From: Roseibacillus sp.
Lineage (GTDB): Bacteria; Verrucomicrobiota; Verrucomicrobiia; Verrucomicrobiales; Akkermansiaceae
Direction: 5' to 3'
DNA length: 64,000 bases
NCBI GenBank assembly: GCA_051251855.1
Contig: JBPOGI010000001.1
Location: 1,120,001-1,184,000, forward strand
In this document: positions 19,801 through 30,929 of the stretch, one piece after another
Position numbering within the stretch: the stretch's first letter is position 1
Layout of the letters: each line of letters starts with the position of its first letter
Position numbers and translations under genes: made by a program
Notes under the pieces: generated by a model
Told to the model about the DNA's origin: nothing
Databases searched by the model: none
What the model saw: only the letters and a program-made list of their open reading frames with translations

Positions 19801-21797
19801 AATTCAGGGACTCCTCCTCCGAACCACCCGCAGTCTTCTGGCCTACCATCCCGGGAAAAGAACAGACACTCCTAAGCTCTTCCTCGCTGGTTCTTCCCTT
19901 CGAACCCGAACTCACCTCAGCCTCCTATTTTGAGGGAGGTAATACGGTTCAAGAAGTCTCCACCGCTGCTATCCGCCGATTTTTCAGAGTAACCACCACA
20001 GACCAAAATTCTGACAGCGACCCTCTCAACGACTGGAGCGAACTGGCCCTTGGTTCATCACCCGTCTCAGCCAACTCCACCGCGCGCCCTGGCCGCTACG
20101 ATAGCAATGGTGACGGCGAGGGAGAAAGCGAGATTGCGGGAGACCTACTAACTTGGCAAAAGACTTTCGCGAATCAGGAGCAGCTGTCCACTGGCGGCAC
20201 AGTTTCCACTCCCACCTCTTACGATGCGGCCCGCCTTCTGATGCAAGGCAGCTTTGGTCCCACTATAGCTTCGATTGAAGAAGTGCGTTCGATGGGATTA
20301 GAGGCTTGGATCGATGATCAGATCATGGGCCAGCCCCCGACTCACCATCGCGATTATGTTGATGAAATCTCGCAAGATTTCCATGGTCCGCGCACCGACC
20401 TCACTTATTCCTACAATGTCGGGAGCGACTTCATCGACGGCAACAACGTCCAAACGGCCTTCGCCCGAGCCGCCATTTCAGGCCCCGATCAACTTCGTCA
20501 ACGGGTCGCTTTCGCCCTTTCTCAAATCCTCGTAATTTCACGTCGCGACGCGAACCTTGCTCACAACATCTACGCACTCTCGACCTACTACGACCTCCTC
20601 GTTGAGCACGCCTTCGGCGACTATGAGGAACTCCTTCTGGAGGTCACCCTCAATCCCGCGATGGGCCGCTACCTTTCCCATCTCGGCAACCAACCTGCAG
20701 ACCCATCCATCAATCGCTATCCCGACGAAAACTACGCTCGCGAGGTCATGCAACTATTTTCCATTGGTCTTTGGGAACTCCAACCAAACGGTGAACGCAA
20801 GACCGACGCCAATGGCGACTTTATCCCAACCTACGGGAACGCTGAAGTCACTGAACTCGCCCGCGTGATGACTGGTCTCTGGTATGGCGACCAAAGTTAT
20901 GGCTACGGAGGCTGGCAGGATACGCACTATGCGATTCCAATGAACCTCTTTCCAGATCATCACGACTTTGGAAGCAAGACTTTGCTCAACGGCTTCACCA
21001 TTCCAGCTCGCCCACCCAGTGAGGAGAACGGCCTTTTGGATATTCAAGACGCCATTGAACATCTCGTGCAGCATGAAAACTGTGCCCCCTTCATCTGCAA
21101 AAGCCTGATTCAATTCCTCGTCACTTCCAACCCGTCTCCTGAATACGTCGCGCGAGTCTCAGCCGTCTTTGCCGACGACGGAACAGGCCAAAGGGGCAAT
21201 CTCGGAGCGGTCGTCAAAGCTCTTCTCCTTGACCCCGAGGCCCGCGATCCTGTGGTGGCCAATTCTGCGACCTTCGGTCTTCTTCGCGAGCCCGTCATTC
21301 GCACCATGCATTTGGCACGCCTCACTCAGCTGAATCGTGATCAAGACCTCGTCTGGTGGGACTATAACAATTACAACGACGCGGCCTTCCAAGCCCCCCT
21401 CTTCTCGCCCTCAGTTTTCAACTTCTATCGCCCCGACTATCAGCCGCCTCAGACCCTGACCGACAATGGACTCTTGGCCCCCGCTTTCGAAATTACGAAT
21501 TCCTACAGTGCCGTCTCTTTTCCCAATCATCTTTGGCAAACAATCGACGATGGCTTCTCTCACTACGAATTTTATCACGTCCCGCCCGACTACTCACTTC
21601 TCCGTCCCTATGCTGACGACTCAGAAGCACTCCTCGACTACGTGAACCTAGTGATCTGTTCAGGTCATATGACAGCCAAGACTCGAGACCTTATCCGAAC
21701 AGGGCTCAATCAACTCGATGCTTCCGACCATTCCGGTCGCATGAAGCTCGCTCTTTACTCCGCCTTGATGAGTCCACAAGGAGCCATCCAACGTTAA
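16848..21797 (+). CDS. Large secreted TSP3-repeat/DUF1800 protein (copy 2)
   Basis: Colinear paralogue of 10221..15173; signal peptide from ATG 16848. Confidence 0.9.
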   Translation: MKHTLFTLVFAGFSLAHANIETLFLIGEKDGDHSPFGQETPDTEPAPGSPTELDDHYYVSSGEPASNFERSLTTWDPSNTVHFELTTAQANPDGLLYFDIGFIWSGNLQDETSANTISCRLNGVEFLLTPSFVSYQDFSAEVSSLVGLLQTGANTLEIVRTGGTSDTWLGIDYLQLTVDPTANEDADEDGLPLRWEVLYQLSDDDSSDAGISSDDDLLTNLQEFQAGTNPRSADTDHDALPDHLETATDPLNPDSDDDGLRDGEETTSNPALADTDNDGAPDAWEIRTGFDPASNTSTPPVFSGAIGINFRSEASSEHGLWSDLAPNGFVPQIHWNQTELLRAWGVSDSEPLLNGDTNAIASPSENSLVNAAGATIATTINFVHDGCRSNHNKGSRAAELLQGGLSTDTNQSPRVTLSGIPFTNYDLYLYVSSAHLGPTGTARLNNDPATDITVRPISSAPTQSFITSHQSASPNVPLFNTIRFSGLSGSSQIVGLFEVDQNIGIAAIQVVDIDADSDGDSVPDYWEFQHGTDANTSNANSDPDGDGLNNVDEFARGTDPNNPDSDHDGLSDFVETNTGTYLNSNDTGSNPLYGDSDGDGLSDSAELAHAFPSNPNEIDSDSDGKNDDVELAEGSNPNNALNQVIPVPTFPAPNRLTWTVDNLQLVRNHETPLTSTDNNQQLVFSLGVINAAQPAWTNLDFRLVMANGKLGEYTVAQGDGGFRHVDGWDLWYGDLNTDLTAAFGFSGSGTFDASDPFSFHFTAEKNPDPNSNWSLSYVVTNEATNTIILSRTIENTVASTTIANQTATWRNQSGIANRCSVSTGQGITLYHQEASLETIPAFTLHRDSDDDGIPDWWENLHSLNPNNSNDAIFDSDNDQLNNLAEYRAGTFPDSADSDNDGVNDGEESYHFTHPSAPNSEPAYFKTGLAFNADRNGNNLPDIWEAAFRTSGLSASGDDDGDGSLNSEEALAGTDPLDATSKPSLEFRDSSSEPPAVFWPTIPGKEQTLLSSSSLVLPFEPELTSASYFEGGNTVQEVSTAAIRRFFRVTTTDQNSDSDPLNDWSELALGSSPVSANSTARPGRYDSNGDGEGESEIAGDLLTWQKTFANQEQLSTGGTVSTPTSYDAARLLMQGSFGPTIASIEEVRSMGLEAWIDDQIMGQPPTHHRDYVDEISQDFHGPRTDLTYSYNVGSDFIDGNNVQTAFARAAISGPDQLRQRVAFALSQILVISRRDANLAHNIYALSTYYDLLVEHAFGDYEELLLEVTLNPAMGRYLSHLGNQPADPSINRYPDENYAREVMQLFSIGLWELQPNGERKTDANGDFIPTYGNAEVTELARVMTGLWYGDQSYGYGGWQDTHYAIPMNLFPDHHDFGSKTLLNGFTIPARPPSEENGLLDIQDAIEHLVQHENCAPFICKSLIQFLVTSNPSPEYVARVSAVFADDGTGQRGNLGAVVKALLLDPEARDPVVANSATFGLLREPVIRTMHLARLTQLNRDQDLVWWDYNNYNDAAFQAPLFSPSVFNFYRPDYQPPQTLTDNGLLAPAFEITNSYSAVSFPNHLWQTIDDGFSHYEFYHVPPDYSLLRPYADDSEALLDYVNLVICSGHMTAKTRDLIRTGLNQLDASDHSGRMKLALYSALMSPQGAIQR

Positions 21798-21809
21798 CTG
21801 ACCCATTTC

Positions 21810-23270
21810 ATGAACCGTCGTAAATTTTTCGGAGAGTCCGCCTGTGCCGCCTTGGGCTCGACTTCCATCATGTCCACCTTGCTCAATCTTAAGATGGCCG
21901 GACAAGCCGCTGCAGCAGGCCTGCCCTCAGGAGGAGATGATTGTAAAACTCTCGTCTGCATCTTCCTGCACGGAGGCATTGATTCCTTCAATGTCTTGGT
22001 TCCTCGTGATGCGACTCGCTATGCCGAATACGCGGCTTCGCGCACCAATCTCGCGCTAGACGACACCGCTCTCTTGACCTTGAACCAAGCAGGAGGAGAC
22101 GGACAGCTTTACGGACTCCACCCTGGCACGACTGGCCTTCAAGAACTCTTCAACGGTATCGGAGGAGACCCCACCAAGCGGCGTCTTTCCTTCGTTTCCA
22201 ATGTCGGAACCCTAGTGGAACCCACTTCGATGACGGCTTACCAAAACGACTCCGTTTCCCTACCGATTGCGCTCTTTTCTCACATCGACCAAATTGAACA
22301 GTGGCAAACCTCTCTTCCTCAAGGCGGCAATAATCTCACCGGCTGGGCGGGGCGTGCGGCCGATGTCCTACACAGCACCCTCAATCAGGACCAAGCTTCG
22401 ATGTCGCTGTCATTCGCGGGAAACAACATCTTCCAAGTGGGCAACACCACCCAACAGTTCGTAATGACGCCGCAGGGTGCCCTCTCCTTTTCTCAACAAG
22501 GAACGGACCTCAACAACGTCACCGTACAGAAGAACATCGTGGTCAAATCCATGGTAGACCAGCACTACACCAACCTGATGGAAACTGCCTTTGCTGAACT
22601 CACCAAGCAATCCGTCGACCAGCAGGAGTTCGTCCAAGAGCAGTTTGATTCTGTTTCTCCGGACTACATTAACACCGGCTTTCCTGACAACCCCATCGCC
22701 CAACAATTGCAAGGTGCCCTGCGCATGATTCACCTTCGCGAAGAACTGGGGCTTCGTCGCCAAACAATCTTCTTGTCCTTCGGAGGCTGGGATCATCACG
22801 GTGAACTGTTAGAATCCCAAGACGGGCTACTTCGTCAACTCTCCCCCGCGCTAGAGGCCTTCCAAGCAGCTCTGGAGGAGCTCGAACTTGAAGACTCGGT
22901 CATCACCTTCACCGCTTCGGACTTCGGTCGAACTCTGCGTTCCAACGGACGAGGCACCGACCATGCTTGGGGAGGGAACCAACTCGTCATGGGAGGCCCC
23001 GTGGCAGGAGGCCAAGTCACCGGCGACTACCCTAGCCTCGCCCTCGATGGTCCTAACGATGTCGGTCGCGGCGGACGTCTTCTTCCCACCACTTCCGTTG
23101 ACGAGTTTTTTGGAGAGCTTCTTCTTTGGTTTGGTCTTTCGCCTGATGACTTTTCAGCAGTGCTTCCCAATCTCAGCAACTTCTACGATCCCGGAACAGC
23201 AGACCCCAGCGATCCGAGCACTTTTCCCATCGGATTTCTTAAGGCCGACCAGTTCCAGAACCCAACCTAG
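21810..23270 (+). CDS. DUF1501-family protein with Tat signal (copy 2)
   Basis: NRRKFF Tat motif; same 486-aa length and motifs as copy 1. Confidence 0.92.
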   Translation: MNRRKFFGESACAALGSTSIMSTLLNLKMAGQAAAAGLPSGGDDCKTLVCIFLHGGIDSFNVLVPRDATRYAEYAASRTNLALDDTALLTLNQAGGDGQLYGLHPGTTGLQELFNGIGGDPTKRRLSFVSNVGTLVEPTSMTAYQNDSVSLPIALFSHIDQIEQWQTSLPQGGNNLTGWAGRAADVLHSTLNQDQASMSLSFAGNNIFQVGNTTQQFVMTPQGALSFSQQGTDLNNVTVQKNIVVKSMVDQHYTNLMETAFAELTKQSVDQQEFVQEQFDSVSPDYINTGFPDNPIAQQLQGALRMIHLREELGLRRQTIFLSFGGWDHHGELLESQDGLLRQLSPALEAFQAALEELELEDSVITFTASDFGRTLRSNGRGTDHAWGGNQLVMGGPVAGGQVTGDYPSLALDGPNDVGRGGRLLPTTSVDEFFGELLLWFGLSPDDFSAVLPNLSNFYDPGTADPSDPSTFPIGFLKADQFQNPT

Positions 23271-23281
23271 CTGAAGCAACG

Positions 23282-23812
23282 ATGCAAAGTTCCGCTCGCC
23301 GCCTTATATTCTCTCTGGGAATCGCCACTCTTTTGATTGGATTGATACTCCACTACACCCGCCAGGAATCGCCCCAAGAGGAGAAGCCCCCACTGAAACC
23401 GGGACCGCCTCAAGTATCCCAGCCGCCCGCGTTGGAGGAAAAGCCGCCCACTACCTTTTCACAGCCTTTGCTTGGTGACCAACTTCTCTCTCAATACCGA
23501 AAACCGACTGGCAGCTTGGCCAGCGACATGGAACTTTTCGAACGTTATCTCAGCAACGTCTTCATTCTCGCCAAGCAACGGGACCCTCGTCACTACGCCA
23601 CCAACGAAGATCTCGTTCTCTTTCTTACCGGTCAAAAGGGCAATCTCACGCCCTACCTGTCTCCTGATTCCTCGATCTTGAACGAAAAAGGCCAACTCGT
23701 TGACCGCTTCGATAGCCCGCTCATCATCCATCCCTTCTCACGAGACCAAATCGAGATCCGATCCGCAGGGCCAGACCGTGTTCCCTACACCGAAGACGAT
23801 GTCGTTCCCTAA
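23282..23812 (+). CDS. Membrane-anchored protein with GspG/pseudopilin-like C-terminus
   Basis: N-terminal TM, Pro-rich linker, ends EIRSAGPDRVPYTEDD, resembling the GspG SxGPDG..gtxDD motif. Confidence 0.65.
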   Translation: MQSSARRLIFSLGIATLLIGLILHYTRQESPQEEKPPLKPGPPQVSQPPALEEKPPTTFSQPLLGDQLLSQYRKPTGSLASDMELFERYLSNVFILAKQRDPRHYATNEDLVLFLTGQKGNLTPYLSPDSSILNEKGQLVDRFDSPLIIHPFSRDQIEIRSAGPDRVPYTEDDVVP

Positions 23813-23884
23813 TTCATTCGATCCCATTCGGCAGCAAGACCGAAAGCTTGCCTTCACCGAGCCATCAGTTCACCTTTTCTCCAG

Positions 23885-24820
23885 ATGATTCAGGTCGAGA
23901 ACCTCACCAAAAGCTACGGACGCCACACCGCCGTCGACTCCATTTCCTTCGAAGTGAAGACCGGAGACGTGGTTGGCTTCCTTGGACCCAATGGTGCGGG
24001 AAAGACATCCACTATTCGCGTTCTCACCGGATACCATCCCCCAACCTCAGGAGCCGCCAGCGTGGCAGGCTTCGATATTTTCCGCCAATCCATCGAGGCC
24101 CGCCGTCAAATCGGCTACATGCCCGAGAACGTTCCCCTTTACCGCGAAATGCGGGTCCGCGAATTCCTCAAGCATCGTGGAATTCTCAAGGGACTGCGAG
24201 GTAAAGAGCTTGGCAAACGCCTCGACACCGTAGTTGAAGAATGCGGTCTCGGCGATGTGCGCCGCAAGATGATCAAAACCCTCTCCAAAGGATACCGTCA
24301 ACGCGTGGGATTAGCTGACGCCCTAGTGCACGACCCACCACTTCTTGTTCTCGACGAGCCCACCAACGGCCTCGATCCCAATCAAATTCGAGCTATCCGC
24401 AACCTCATCAAGAACCTCGCAGCGGACCGAACCATCTTCCTCTCCTCGCATATTCTCTCTGAAGTCGAGATGATCTGCAAAAAAGTCATCATCCTCGAAG
24501 GAGGCCACATCCGAGCCAACGACACACCGGCCAACCTCGTGAAAGACATGCGCTCCGCTGGAAATATTTCGCTCGAAATCCAAGCACCCAAGGACGCCCT
24601 TGTTGAAGCTGTTGAAGCATTGCCTCACATCAAGAAAGTCACTGTCAACAAGTCTACTAAAGACAGCTGGCAGAACCTCACCATTCTCGTCGATTCGAAC
24701 ACCGAGACCCGCCCTCGCCTCTCTAAGCTCGCCGAAGAAAAGAAGTGGCCCTTGCGAACTCTACATCGCCATGTCGGAACTCTAGAAGACGTCTTCGTTG
24801 AGCTCACTCGCAAGAACTGA
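23885..24820 (+). CDS. ABC-2 type transporter ATP-binding protein (GldA-like)
   Basis: GPNGAGKTS, LSKGYRQR, LVLDEPT, SSH. Confidence 0.93.
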   Translation: MIQVENLTKSYGRHTAVDSISFEVKTGDVVGFLGPNGAGKTSTIRVLTGYHPPTSGAASVAGFDIFRQSIEARRQIGYMPENVPLYREMRVREFLKHRGILKGLRGKELGKRLDTVVEECGLGDVRRKMIKTLSKGYRQRVGLADALVHDPPLLVLDEPTNGLDPNQIRAIRNLIKNLAADRTIFLSSHILSEVEMICKKVIILEGGHIRANDTPANLVKDMRSAGNISLEIQAPKDALVEAVEALPHIKKVTVNKSTKDSWQNLTILVDSNTETRPRLSKLAEEKKWPLRTLHRHVGTLEDVFVELTRKN

Positions 24821-24847
24821 GACTCCCACTCCGTAACGGAGCTACCA

Positions 24848-25912
24848 ATGCTTCTTCTTCGCCAACTGACCTACCTCTTCGTCGGATCCTGCTCTCTTCT
24901 GAATGCGGAGACTACTGCTGACGACCTGAAGCTCGTCGAGAAGATCCGTGCAAAGATCGTCACTAACCTTGGCGAGATGGAGGCCGAAGCGATGAAGTCC
25001 TATCAAAGCAAGGTGCCCGAAACCGGAGCCCCGTATGCGATGGTCAACATCCCTGGTGGTCAATTCCTCATGGGAAGCCCAAGTAATGAAAAAGATCGTC
25101 TTGAAGACGAAGGGCCTCAACGACAAGTGGCGATTGCCCCATTTTGGATGGGGAAGCATGAGGTCACATGGGATGAATACGAGCCCTTCATGATTACCAA
25201 CGTCTCAAGGAACAAGGATGGCTCTCCTTCCAAAATTCCCGAAGGCGCGAATATCCCTGACGCCATTTCAAAGCCTACAACCCCCTATACCGAAATGAGT
25301 TTCGGCATGGGCACCAAGGGGTTTCCTGCCATTAGCATGACTCAACATGCCGCGCTCAAATACTGCCAATGGCTCTCCGCGCAAACTGGTCACTTCTATC
25401 GCCTTCCCACCGAAGCAGAATGGGAATACGCCTGCCGAGCAGGAACAACAACCGCTTACAGCTGGGGAGATGACGCCAGCAATGCGGGCGACTACGCATG
25501 GTACTGGGACAATAGTGATGGCAAGTATCAGCCGATTGGGAAAAAGAAGCCGAACCCTTGGGGACTGCACGACATACACGGCAACGTTATCGAATGGGTT
25601 CTCGACGGTTACGAACCTTATCCTGCTAGCAAAGTGCTCCTCGAAAACCCTCTCACCAATCCATCCGAAAACATCTATCCCCGCACCGCCCGAGGGGGCA
25701 GCTGGTATGACGGTCCTGAGTTCTTGCGCAGTGCCGCCCGCTTCAAATCTGCTTCCGCTTGGAAAATCGCAGACCCACAATTGCCTAAGTCTATCTGGTA
25801 TCACACCAACGCCATGTGGCTCGGTTTTCGACTCGTGCGACCACTGGAAATCCCTTCTGCCGAAGAAATGCATCGCATTTGGAACTCAGGCCGTGGCATC
25901 GAGAACGAATAG
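24848..25912 (+). CDS. FGE-sulfatase (SUMF1-fold) domain protein, secreted
   Basis: GGQFLMGS, HEVT, RLPTEAEWEYACRAG, NPWGLHDIHGNV.EW, RGGSW, GFRLV. Confidence 0.9.
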   Translation: MLLLRQLTYLFVGSCSLLNAETTADDLKLVEKIRAKIVTNLGEMEAEAMKSYQSKVPETGAPYAMVNIPGGQFLMGSPSNEKDRLEDEGPQRQVAIAPFWMGKHEVTWDEYEPFMITNVSRNKDGSPSKIPEGANIPDAISKPTTPYTEMSFGMGTKGFPAISMTQHAALKYCQWLSAQTGHFYRLPTEAEWEYACRAGTTTAYSWGDDASNAGDYAWYWDNSDGKYQPIGKKKPNPWGLHDIHGNVIEWVLDGYEPYPASKVLLENPLTNPSENIYPRTARGGSWYDGPEFLRSAARFKSASAWKIADPQLPKSIWYHTNAMWLGFRLVRPLEIPSAEEMHRIWNSGRGIENE

Positions 25913-25953
25913 ACGTGAAAGCATTACCCTCGTTTCACCGTAAACTGAGGACG

Positions 25954-27354
<1,401 letters not shown>

Positions 27355-27386
27355 CGGTCAGTCTTCTCAGACATGGCTTACAGCTG

Positions 27387-27926
27387 CTACCGAGAGTAAA
27401 CCTTTTCCTTCAACACTCCTACGAAGGGAAGATTTCGGTAACGGCCTTGATAATCGAGGCCGTAGCCAACGACGAACTCATCCGCAATCTCAAATCCAAT
27501 GTAGTCAGCCTCCACCTCTTCGGCTCTCTCCTTTTCCTTCGAGAGTAACACGGAAGTCTTTACCACCTCCGCACCCATTTCTAAAAGTCTCTCTTTCACT
27601 GCCTTCAAAGTCCGGCCCGTATCCAAAATATCGTCAATCAGCAAAATCCGCCGCCCTTTGACTTCCGGCAACTTGGCATCCAAGAACTCAACGACCCCGC
27701 TACTCTCCGTTCCTCCATGGTAACTCGCTACACTCAAAGTTTCGATTTGAAGCGGTACCGGAAGCCTCCGACAGAGATCAGCCATAAAAACCAAAGCTCC
27801 CGTTAAAATCCCGACCACGAGAATTTCTTCCCCTTGGAAATCTGCGAGCACCTTATCGGCCACCGTATCCAAGCGACGGAGAATGACTTCTTCATCAATG
27901 AGAACCTTAGCAATATCGTCGTTCAT
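27387..27926 (-). CDS. hpt: Hypoxanthine phosphoribosyltransferase
   Basis: LLIDDILDTGRTL PRPP motif, FVVGYGLDY...RNLP. Confidence 0.95.
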   Translation of the reverse strand: MNDDIAKVLIDEEVILRRLDTVADKVLADFQGEEILVVGILTGALVFMADLCRRLPVPLQIETLSVASYHGGTESSGVVEFLDAKLPEVKGRRILLIDDILDTGRTLKAVKERLLEMGAEVVKTSVLLSKEKERAEEVEADYIGFEIADEFVVGYGLDYQGRYRNLPFVGVLKEKVYSR

Positions 27927-28082
27927 GAACCAAGCAATCAGAGAGCAACGTGCGAGGAAACCCGAAAGTCTCAAGAAGACCAAAATCTACCGACTTCATG
28001 TCATTTTCACTAATTCCTGAAAAAACGATTGCGCGACAGCGGACTTTGTGAAAAGTTTCACAAGCCATCCGGAACTTTCAAT

Positions 28083-29093
28083 ATGAACCGAAAATTACAA
28101 ACACCCGGCCGAGCCAATTTGATGGCGCCGTTCGATTTGGTAAGACCTCACCTCAAAAAAGTAGAGTCCTTGCTCAGCGAACAGGTCAACGACTTCGATC
28201 CAGGCGTCGAACCCTACGTAGACTACGTTTGTAATACCTCCGGCAAGCGTCTGCGACCAGCCCTTGCCATTCTTACCGGTGGAGCCTTAGGACCAGTAAG
28301 TGACGACCACGTAAAACTCGGCAGTATCCTAGAGCTGATTCACGTCGCCAGTCTCGTACACGACGACATTATCGACGGCGCAGATATTCGGCGTAAAGTC
28401 GCCACCCCCAATGCTAAGTGGGGTGAAGGTTTAGCTGTTCTATTAGGAGACGCTCTCTTCTCACATGCTCTGATGCTCAGCACCGATTTTGATGATTTGC
28501 ATCTCAGCCGAGAGATCGCCAAGGCCGCTCGCGAAGTCTGCCAAGGAGAAATCCTCCAGACCCAACGCCGCTTTGACCTCACCATGACCCGGAAGGAGTA
28601 TTTCCGTCTTTTGGAGATGAAGACTGGAGCCCTTTTCGCCGCCGCAACAGGACTTTCTGCCTACATTAGCGGTGCAGATAAAGAGACACAGGAAGACCTC
28701 TATCAGTTCGGCCTCAAGCTTGGTACCGCCTATCAACTTTATGACGACTGCCTTGACCTTGTCGGCGAAGAAGAAGAGTTCGGTAAGACCCTGCGTACCG
28801 ACTTGGAGAAGGGGAAGCTCACCCTCCCCATCTTACGCCTATTGGAGAAGGCGAACCCAGCTCAGCGGGATAAGTTACAGGCGCGCATCATCAAGCAAGA
28901 GCCCCTTGATCTAACTATTCTCAGCGGCATCGCTGACTATGAAGGCGCGATCGACTACTCGATAGAAACTGCAATCAAGCTAGTCGATGATGCTCGTGAC
29001 CCACTGCACTTCCTCCCCGACAACAAGCATCGGGCAGCGCTTTTCACCTTGGCAGACTACCTTTTAGATCTCCTTCACAAACTTCGGAAGTAA
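28083..29093 (+). CDS. Long-chain polyprenyl diphosphate synthase (IspB/HepT-like)
   Basis: GKRLRP, SLVHDDIIDG, KTGALF, YQLYDDCLD; start uncertain (28083 or 28122). Confidence 0.92.
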   Translation: MNRKLQTPGRANLMAPFDLVRPHLKKVESLLSEQVNDFDPGVEPYVDYVCNTSGKRLRPALAILTGGALGPVSDDHVKLGSILELIHVASLVHDDIIDGADIRRKVATPNAKWGEGLAVLLGDALFSHALMLSTDFDDLHLSREIAKAAREVCQGEILQTQRRFDLTMTRKEYFRLLEMKTGALFAAATGLSAYISGADKETQEDLYQFGLKLGTAYQLYDDCLDLVGEEEEFGKTLRTDLEKGKLTLPILRLLEKANPAQRDKLQARIIKQEPLDLTILSGIADYEGAIDYSIETAIKLVDDARDPLHFLPDNKHRAALFTLADYLLDLLHKLRK

Positions 29094-29137
29094 GAGCCCC
29101 AAAGAAGAGCTCAAATTCTTAAGCGTTTTGATACCAG

Positions 29138-29163
29138 ACCGAGTCTTCTGACTCGGTTTTTTT
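29138..29163 (+). terminator. Rho-independent terminator
   Basis: ACCGAGTC-TTCT-GACTCGGT followed by T run. Confidence 0.85.
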
Positions 29164-29452
29164 CTGCCTATTCATCTCACCGATCCCGTCGCCCTCTTTG
29201 GTAAGGGCAAGCTCCCCTCTCGGTCTTTTGGAAACTTACTTCACCAAACTGGACTACTCGGGCCACTCGACTCTTTTGAACGAGCCTCTGTTTTATCGCT
29301 AGTAATTTGAGACCGGACGCTATCACAAGGGATTCCCGCAGTTCGTTTTCAAAAACTTTCCCCACTTGAGTCATAACGTCGTGATAGCACGATTTTCTCT
29401 TTCGTGGGTCCCGATAGTGCAAAGACTGGGCTTCGCCTTCGGGCGATTCTCA

Positions 29453-29971
29453 ATGCGATGCGTTCAATGCGGTTCTCTCAAAGACAAAGTCCTCGACTCT
29501 CGAATGTCGAAGGATGGCACCTCGATCCGTCGAAGGCGCATGTGCGAGAACTGCGACTACCGCTACACCACCTACGAGACGATCGAGCGAACCGAACTAC
29601 AAGTCGTCAAGAAGGATGGCACACGGCAACCTCTCAACCGCGAGAAGCTCACTCGGGGACTGACCAAGGCTTGCGAAAAGAGACCCGTCCCCCTCAATCG
29701 CATCGACCGAGCCGTCGAAGAGATTCTTACCGAACTTCACCACGACAACGTTCCAGAGATCCCTTCCGCAGCCATTGGCGCAAAGGTCATGGACAAGCTC
29801 CACCAAATCGATCCTGTCGCCTATGTGCGCTATGTCTCGGTCTATCGGGAGTTCGACGATGTCGGCGAGTTCATTGCCGAGATTCAGAACCTTTCCAAGC
29901 GAGCCCTGCGCGACCCTATGCAGCGCGAGCTTCTTCCTTCCAACACCAAACCCAAGAAGCAACTGAAGTAG
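29453..29971 (+). CDS. nrdR: Transcriptional repressor NrdR
   Basis: CVQC...DSR...IRRRRMCENC zinc ribbon, ATP cone, VAYVRYVSVY. Confidence 0.96.
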   Translation: MRCVQCGSLKDKVLDSRMSKDGTSIRRRRMCENCDYRYTTYETIERTELQVVKKDGTRQPLNREKLTRGLTKACEKRPVPLNRIDRAVEEILTELHHDNVPEIPSAAIGAKVMDKLHQIDPVAYVRYVSVYREFDDVGEFIAEIQNLSKRALRDPMQRELLPSNTKPKKQLK

Positions 29972-29975
29972 CCTC

Positions 29976-30545
29976 ATGATTTGTCTCGTTGGTAATCGTC
30001 CTGTCTTGCAAGTTGGCAATCATCAGATTGTTGGCTACGGCGTGGACTGGATCGAGACCGCGCTCAATCGGGCTTCAGTCGCTGCCGACCGTGACGATTT
30101 TCCGTTCATCGATGATATTCGCGACGGCATCATCCACTATCTGGAGAATAAGTGTCCACTACGCCTCCTTCCCATCGAGGATCTTTATGCGCGAATGAGC
30201 CGAATGCTAGAGCGGATTGGATGCTCCGCCATCAGCGACCACCTCAAGATTCTCACCCCTCCAGTAACCCTCTCACTAGCTCGAACTGCTAGAGAAATGG
30301 AGCCAGGATTCGAGTTAGGATTTTTCCAAACCCTTCGCGCGGAAGTCGATGCTCTCCATCACTTGGGCACCGAAGAGGTTCACTTCACGGAAATTAGAGA
30401 AGCGGCCCTGCTCCTGGTCGGGACTAAACGCTGGAATCCTGCTTGCGAAGTCTTTCAGCATGACATCCTTGCCTTCTTGGAGAAAACTGCCGAAAGGAAC
30501 TCGACCCCGCAAAGTCAATTGCTCCTTACGCTCGATGCGGCCTGA
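29976..30545 (+). CDS. Hypothetical protein cotranscribed with nrdR
   Basis: ATG 4 nt after nrdR stop, 189-aa globular-looking ORF. Confidence 0.7.
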   Translation: MICLVGNRPVLQVGNHQIVGYGVDWIETALNRASVAADRDDFPFIDDIRDGIIHYLENKCPLRLLPIEDLYARMSRMLERIGCSAISDHLKILTPPVTLSLARTAREMEPGFELGFFQTLRAEVDALHHLGTEEVHFTEIREAALLLVGTKRWNPACEVFQHDILAFLEKTAERNSTPQSQLLLTLDAA

Positions 30546-30599
30546 GGGGAAACCCCGCAGACCGCATCACGATTGAAATTTAGTGCAATTTGAGAGACC

Positions 30600-30929
30600 C
30601 TACTTAATCTTCTTTTTAAGTTCGCTATATTCACTCTCCATACGCTCAAGCTCGTCACGCTTGGACTCAATTGAAGAATGAAGATCCGCCAGTCGCTGAA
30701 AAATTTCCACAGCACTGGCATTTTTAGGAAGTGGCAAAGTTGGACCAGACTCCTTTTGATTCCGCAGCCAACCGTTTACAGTTATTGGTGAGATACCAAA
30801 TTCTCTGACTGCAGCAGATACGCCACCCCTCCCTTTGTCTTGGTTGACTTGTTGAACAAAGCGCAAAATCTTGGCCTTTTCGTCGTCAGTGTAACGTTTC
30901 GCTGTCTTCTTTCTAAGTTCGTCCGTCAT
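30600..30929 (-). CDS. Small helix-turn-helix protein with C-terminal coiled coil
   Basis: KRYTDDEK...GVSAAVREFGISPITVNGWL HTH pattern; heptad-like C-terminus. Confidence 0.75.
   Translation of the reverse strand: MTDELRKKTAKRYTDDEKAKILRFVQQVNQDKGRGGVSAAVREFGISPITVNGWLRNQKESGPTLPLPKNASAVEIFQRLADLHSSIESKRDELERMESEYSELKKKIK

Noticed and set aside
10770..20130. Recurrent GAC/GAT-rich repeats as CRISPR or DNA repeats
   Set aside because: They are degenerate protein-level TSP3-like repeats within open frames; no constant repeat-spacer pattern and no cas genes
29177..29422. 81-aa minus-strand ORF upstream of nrdR
   Set aside because: No motifs, weak start, lies in the probable nrdR promoter region
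30600..30929. IS3-family insertion sequence
   Set aside because: No OrfB/DDE domain, frameshift site, terminal inverted repeats or target duplication seen
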